Assembly: GCA_012036375.1 (NCBI GenBank)
Contig: JAAUOI010000001.1
Coordinates: forward strand, 1-39,719
Direction of reading: 5' to 3'
DNA length: 39,719 nt
Source: Brachymonas sp.
GTDB taxonomy: Bacteria > Pseudomonadota > Gammaproteobacteria > Burkholderiales > Burkholderiaceae_C
Under the pieces are notes generated by a model. The model searched no databases and had not been told where the DNA came from. It was given only the letters and a program-made list of their open reading frames with translations. Each line of letters opens with the position of its first letter. Positions within the stretch are counted from its first letter, which is position 1. The position numbers and the translations under genes were made by a program. Below are positions 37,192 through 39,719 of the stretch, piece by piece.

Positions 37192-39215
37192 TCAAGCAGC
37201 CATCAGGCCATCAATGCGCTCGGAGAGCTCGAGCCATTTCCATTCTGCATCTTCAATTTCTGCATCAACAGCAGCCAAGCGCTTGTTGGATTCGATCAAC
37301 TCGGCGCTGGGCAAGGGTTGGATCAACTTCTCATGCAGCGCGGCTTGCTCGGCTTTAAGCGCTGCGATACTTTCTTCCAGTTGCTTGAGGCGGTTTTTCA
37401 AAGGTTTGGCTTTTTCTGCCAGCGCCATGCGCTGACGCGCTTCTTCTTGCTTTTGCTCTTTACTCTTGAAAGTGCTAGGAGGCTCATTTTTTAAGCCTTT
37501 TTGGGCATTGGTCGTTATGGAATGTGCGCCGAGTGCTATTGTTTTAATAGTATCTAGAACATCACCTTGAGCGACTTGACTCAAGCTTTCGCGGCGTAAC
37601 TTGGCTTGCTCCAGCAAGTATTTTTGGTAGTCGTCCAAATCGCCATCAAAAGGTTTCACGCCACCGTCTGCCACCAACCAGAACTCATCGCAGACACTTC
37701 GCAGCATCGCGCGGTCATGGCTGACGAGCATCACCGTGCCTTCAAACTCATTGAGCGCCATTTGCAACGCTTCGCGCGTGGTCAGATCCAAATGGTTGGT
37801 CGGCTCATCAAGCAACAATAAATTCGGTTTTTGCCAAACGACCATCGCCAGCACGAGCCGGGCTTTTTCGCCGCCGCTCATGCTGCCCACCGCTTGGCTC
37901 ACCATCTCGCCAGTGAACAAGAAGCCGCCTAGAAAATTGCGCAGCTCTTGCTCACGCCCGGGTGGGCCCACATCTTTGGCGAGGCGAATCATGTGCTCCA
38001 GCGGCGAGCTGTTTCGTGCAACACATCCAATTCTTGTTGCGCAAAATAACCAATGGAGAGCCCTTTGCCTTCCGTGATCTTGCCGCCCAATGGGGCGAGC
38101 TGCCGCGCGACGGTTTTGACGAAAGTGGATTTGCCTTGACCGTTCGCGCCGAGAATGCCAATGCGCTGTCCAGCCATCACGGAACGGCTCACGCCATTCA
38201 AAATTTTGATGCCGCCGTTGTCATTGGCATAACCTAGATCAGCCGCTTGAATTGAGAGCATCGGGTTGGGAATGCTGGTGGGCTCTTTGAATTCAAACTG
38301 AAAATCAGCGGCGGTGAGAACGGGTGCAATCCTCTCCATGCGCTCCAGCGCTTTGACACGGCTTTGCGCTTGTTTGGCTTTGCTGGCCTTGGCTTTGAAG
38401 CGATCAATGAAGTGCTGCAAGTGCGCAATTTTTTCTTGCTGCTTGGCAAACGAGGCTTGCTGCTGCACGATGCGCAGAGCGCGTTGCTCTTCAAAGAAGC
38501 TGTAGTTACCGCCAAAGCGCGTGATCTGACCTTGCTCGATGTGCACAGTGACGCGGGTGACGGCATCCAAAAACTCACGGTCGTGGCTGATGATCACTAA
38601 AGTGCCAGCAAATCGGGTGAGCCAACTCTCTAGCCAGACGAGTGCATCCAAATCGAGGTGATTGGTCGGCTCATCCAGCAGCAGCAAATCGGCAGGGCAC
38701 ATGAGCGCACGCGCCAGCTGTAAGCGCATACGCCAGCCGCCAGAAAAGCTATTGACCGGCTTTTCAAGCTCGTCAATACGAAAGCCCAAGCCGAGAATCA
38801 AGGCTTGTGCGCGAGAGCGGGCATCGTGTGCTCCGGCATCGTGCAACTGGCTGTGCAGTTCAGCGATCTCTAGACCTGTGGCCTCTGTGTGCGCGGTTTC
38901 GTCGGCCAGCTCTGCACGATGGAGTTGCTCCTGCAATTCGAGCAATCGTGTATCGCCGGTTAAGACGAAATTCGTGGCGCTGTCTTCTGTCTCGGGCATG
39001 TGCTGCAAGACCTGTGCGATGCGCCAGCCGCTGGGCATGAAAAATTCGCCGCCGTCTTCGTGCAGTTGCCCGGTAAGCAAGGCGAACAAGCTGGATTTGC
39101 CCGCGCCGTTGCGGCCAACAAGTCCCACTTTTTCACCCGGCTGAATGGTGCTGCTGCAATCTTGCAGTAGCACTTTGGCTGCGCGACGCAGGGTGATATT
39201 TTTGAGTGAAATCAT
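37192..39215 (-). CDS. ABC-F family ATPase, YheS-like (frameshift near 38012)
   Basis: Two ABC domains: GRNGAGKS / FSGGWRMRL / LLDEPTNHLD and GANGQGKS / MSGGEKARL / LLDEPTNHLD; KAKQAQSR linker; coiled-coil C-terminal domain; no TM segments. Confidence 0.94.
37487..37552 (+). repeat. 66-bp dispersed element, copy 10 (in frame in the ABC-F linker)
   Basis: TTTTTTAAGCCTTTTTGGGCATTGGTCGTTATGGAATGTGCGCCGAGTGCTATTGTTTTAATAGTA (54/66 identical to copy 1); encodes TIKTIALGAHSITTNAQKGLKN. Confidence 0.92.
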
Positions 39216-39267
39216 AGACAAGACTGACGAATGCGCCTAGCAGGACGCAACAAAATTCGCCGAAAAC

Positions 39268-39435
39268 TCAATTGGATTGGCTGTTGCGCCGGCGCTCTTC
39301 CATCTCGCGGCGCTCCACGCAGATGGGATGGTTGCGGAAGACTGCTCGCTCGCATTGCTCGGCCATGCAGAACTGAAAACCCAGCAAGACTCGGTTTTCG
39401 CAGGCATCGCGCGGGCTGCCGGTGCGAGCGGCGAT
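39268..39435 (-). CDS. 3' end of a gene with a four-Cys C-terminal module (partial, not in the ORF track)
   Basis: Open frame ...TGSPRDACENRVLLGFQFCMAEQCERAVFRNHPICVERREMEERRRNSQSN* (TGA at 39268). It resembles C-terminal modules I recall from Comamonadaceae kinases and hypothetical proteins. Confidence 0.5.
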   Translation of the reverse strand: MAARTGSPRDACENRVLLGFQFCMAEQCERAVFRNHPICVERREMEERRRNSQSN

Positions 39436-39478
39436 CCCGAGGGAGTTTGCGCCAAGGTGCGCATGGAAATCAGCCAGG

Positions 39479-39570
39479 ACGTGACGATGACGCGCGCGCC
39501 CGCGTCGCAGATGCGGTCGGATAAGGTCTTGTCGCTGAAGCCGCCGAACACCGCCGTGTAGACGATGCCG
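39479..39570 (-). other. Acetyl-CoA synthetase fragment (about 30 codons), probably chimeric
   Basis: GIVYTAVFGGFSDKTLSDRICDAGARVIVT matches the Acs VFGGFS...L..RI.D motif. Confidence 0.75.
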
Positions 39571-39654
39571 CCCGGTTCAAGCGACTGCTTGCCGTGGGGC
39601 TGGCTGCCGCGGTTGGTGGGGTCGGTCACCCGCACCACAAGCGTTTGCGGGCCC
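39550..39654 (-). other. Glycoside hydrolase family 2-like fragment, probably chimeric
   Basis: GPQTLVVRVTDPTNRGSQPHGKQSLEPGGIVYTAV resembles the GH2 sugar-binding-domain segment V.DP....QP.GKQ...PGGI.YT. Confidence 0.6.
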
Positions 39655-39719
39655 TTCCTCAGTGAGGGCCTTGGTGATATCGAACGGAGAACGGGTCGTA
39701 GCCGCCCGTGCTGCTCGCC

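Noticed and set aside
4581-37552. The 66-bp repeats as a CRISPR array, integron attC sites or IS ends
   Set aside because: They are dispersed rather than tandem, occur in both orientations and inside core genes. There are no cas, integrase or transposase genes, and no RYYYAAC/GTTRRRY ends.
1810-38020. About a dozen frameshifts (pilW x2, pilV, ppiA, lpxH, hupE, photolyase x2, DUF3429, mlaA, REase, MTase, ABC-F) read as pseudogenes, phase variation or programmed frameshifting
   Set aside because: Nearly all are single-base indels in short homopolymers, both halves are otherwise intact, and lpxH is normally essential. Sequencing error is the simplest explanation; raw reads are needed to confirm.

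Overview
A core-chromosome segment of a Betaproteobacterium, Comamonadaceae-like by gene content and order. From left to right it holds: a type IV minor-pilin cassette (fimT-pilV-pilW-pilX-pilY1'), nrdR, glyA under a ZMP/ZTP riboswitch, an alkA-like glycosylase and cysS. Next come a TPR / L,D-transpeptidase / ppiA / ppiB / lpxH / mtfA operon, yihY, a DUF4331-lipoprotein-TPR-HupE/UreJ operon divergent from a photolyase, and pssA-aroE-aroQ. Then follow mlaFEDACB, a thiolase-SDR-acyl-CoA dehydrogenase cluster interrupted by a NotI-family endonuclease/adenine methylase pair, tas, tRNA-Val(CAC) and an ABC-F ATPase. The most striking unexplained signal is a dispersed, degenerate 66-bp element present 10 times. 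All copies align without gaps, show roughly 10-bp phased GC/AT blocks and end in a TGCTAT-N7-ATAGCA-type palindrome. Six copies are built into genes: an in-frame 22-codon segment in cysS, mlaA and the ABC-F gene, most of the ppiA signal peptide, the alkA start codon and the yihY stop codon. About a dozen single-base frameshifts, mostly at homopolymers and including essential lpxH, look like sequencing errors. Both window ends (about 1-745 and about 39440-39719) look like chimeric joins of unrelated gene fragments. All product calls come from my recognition of motifs; no database search was run.
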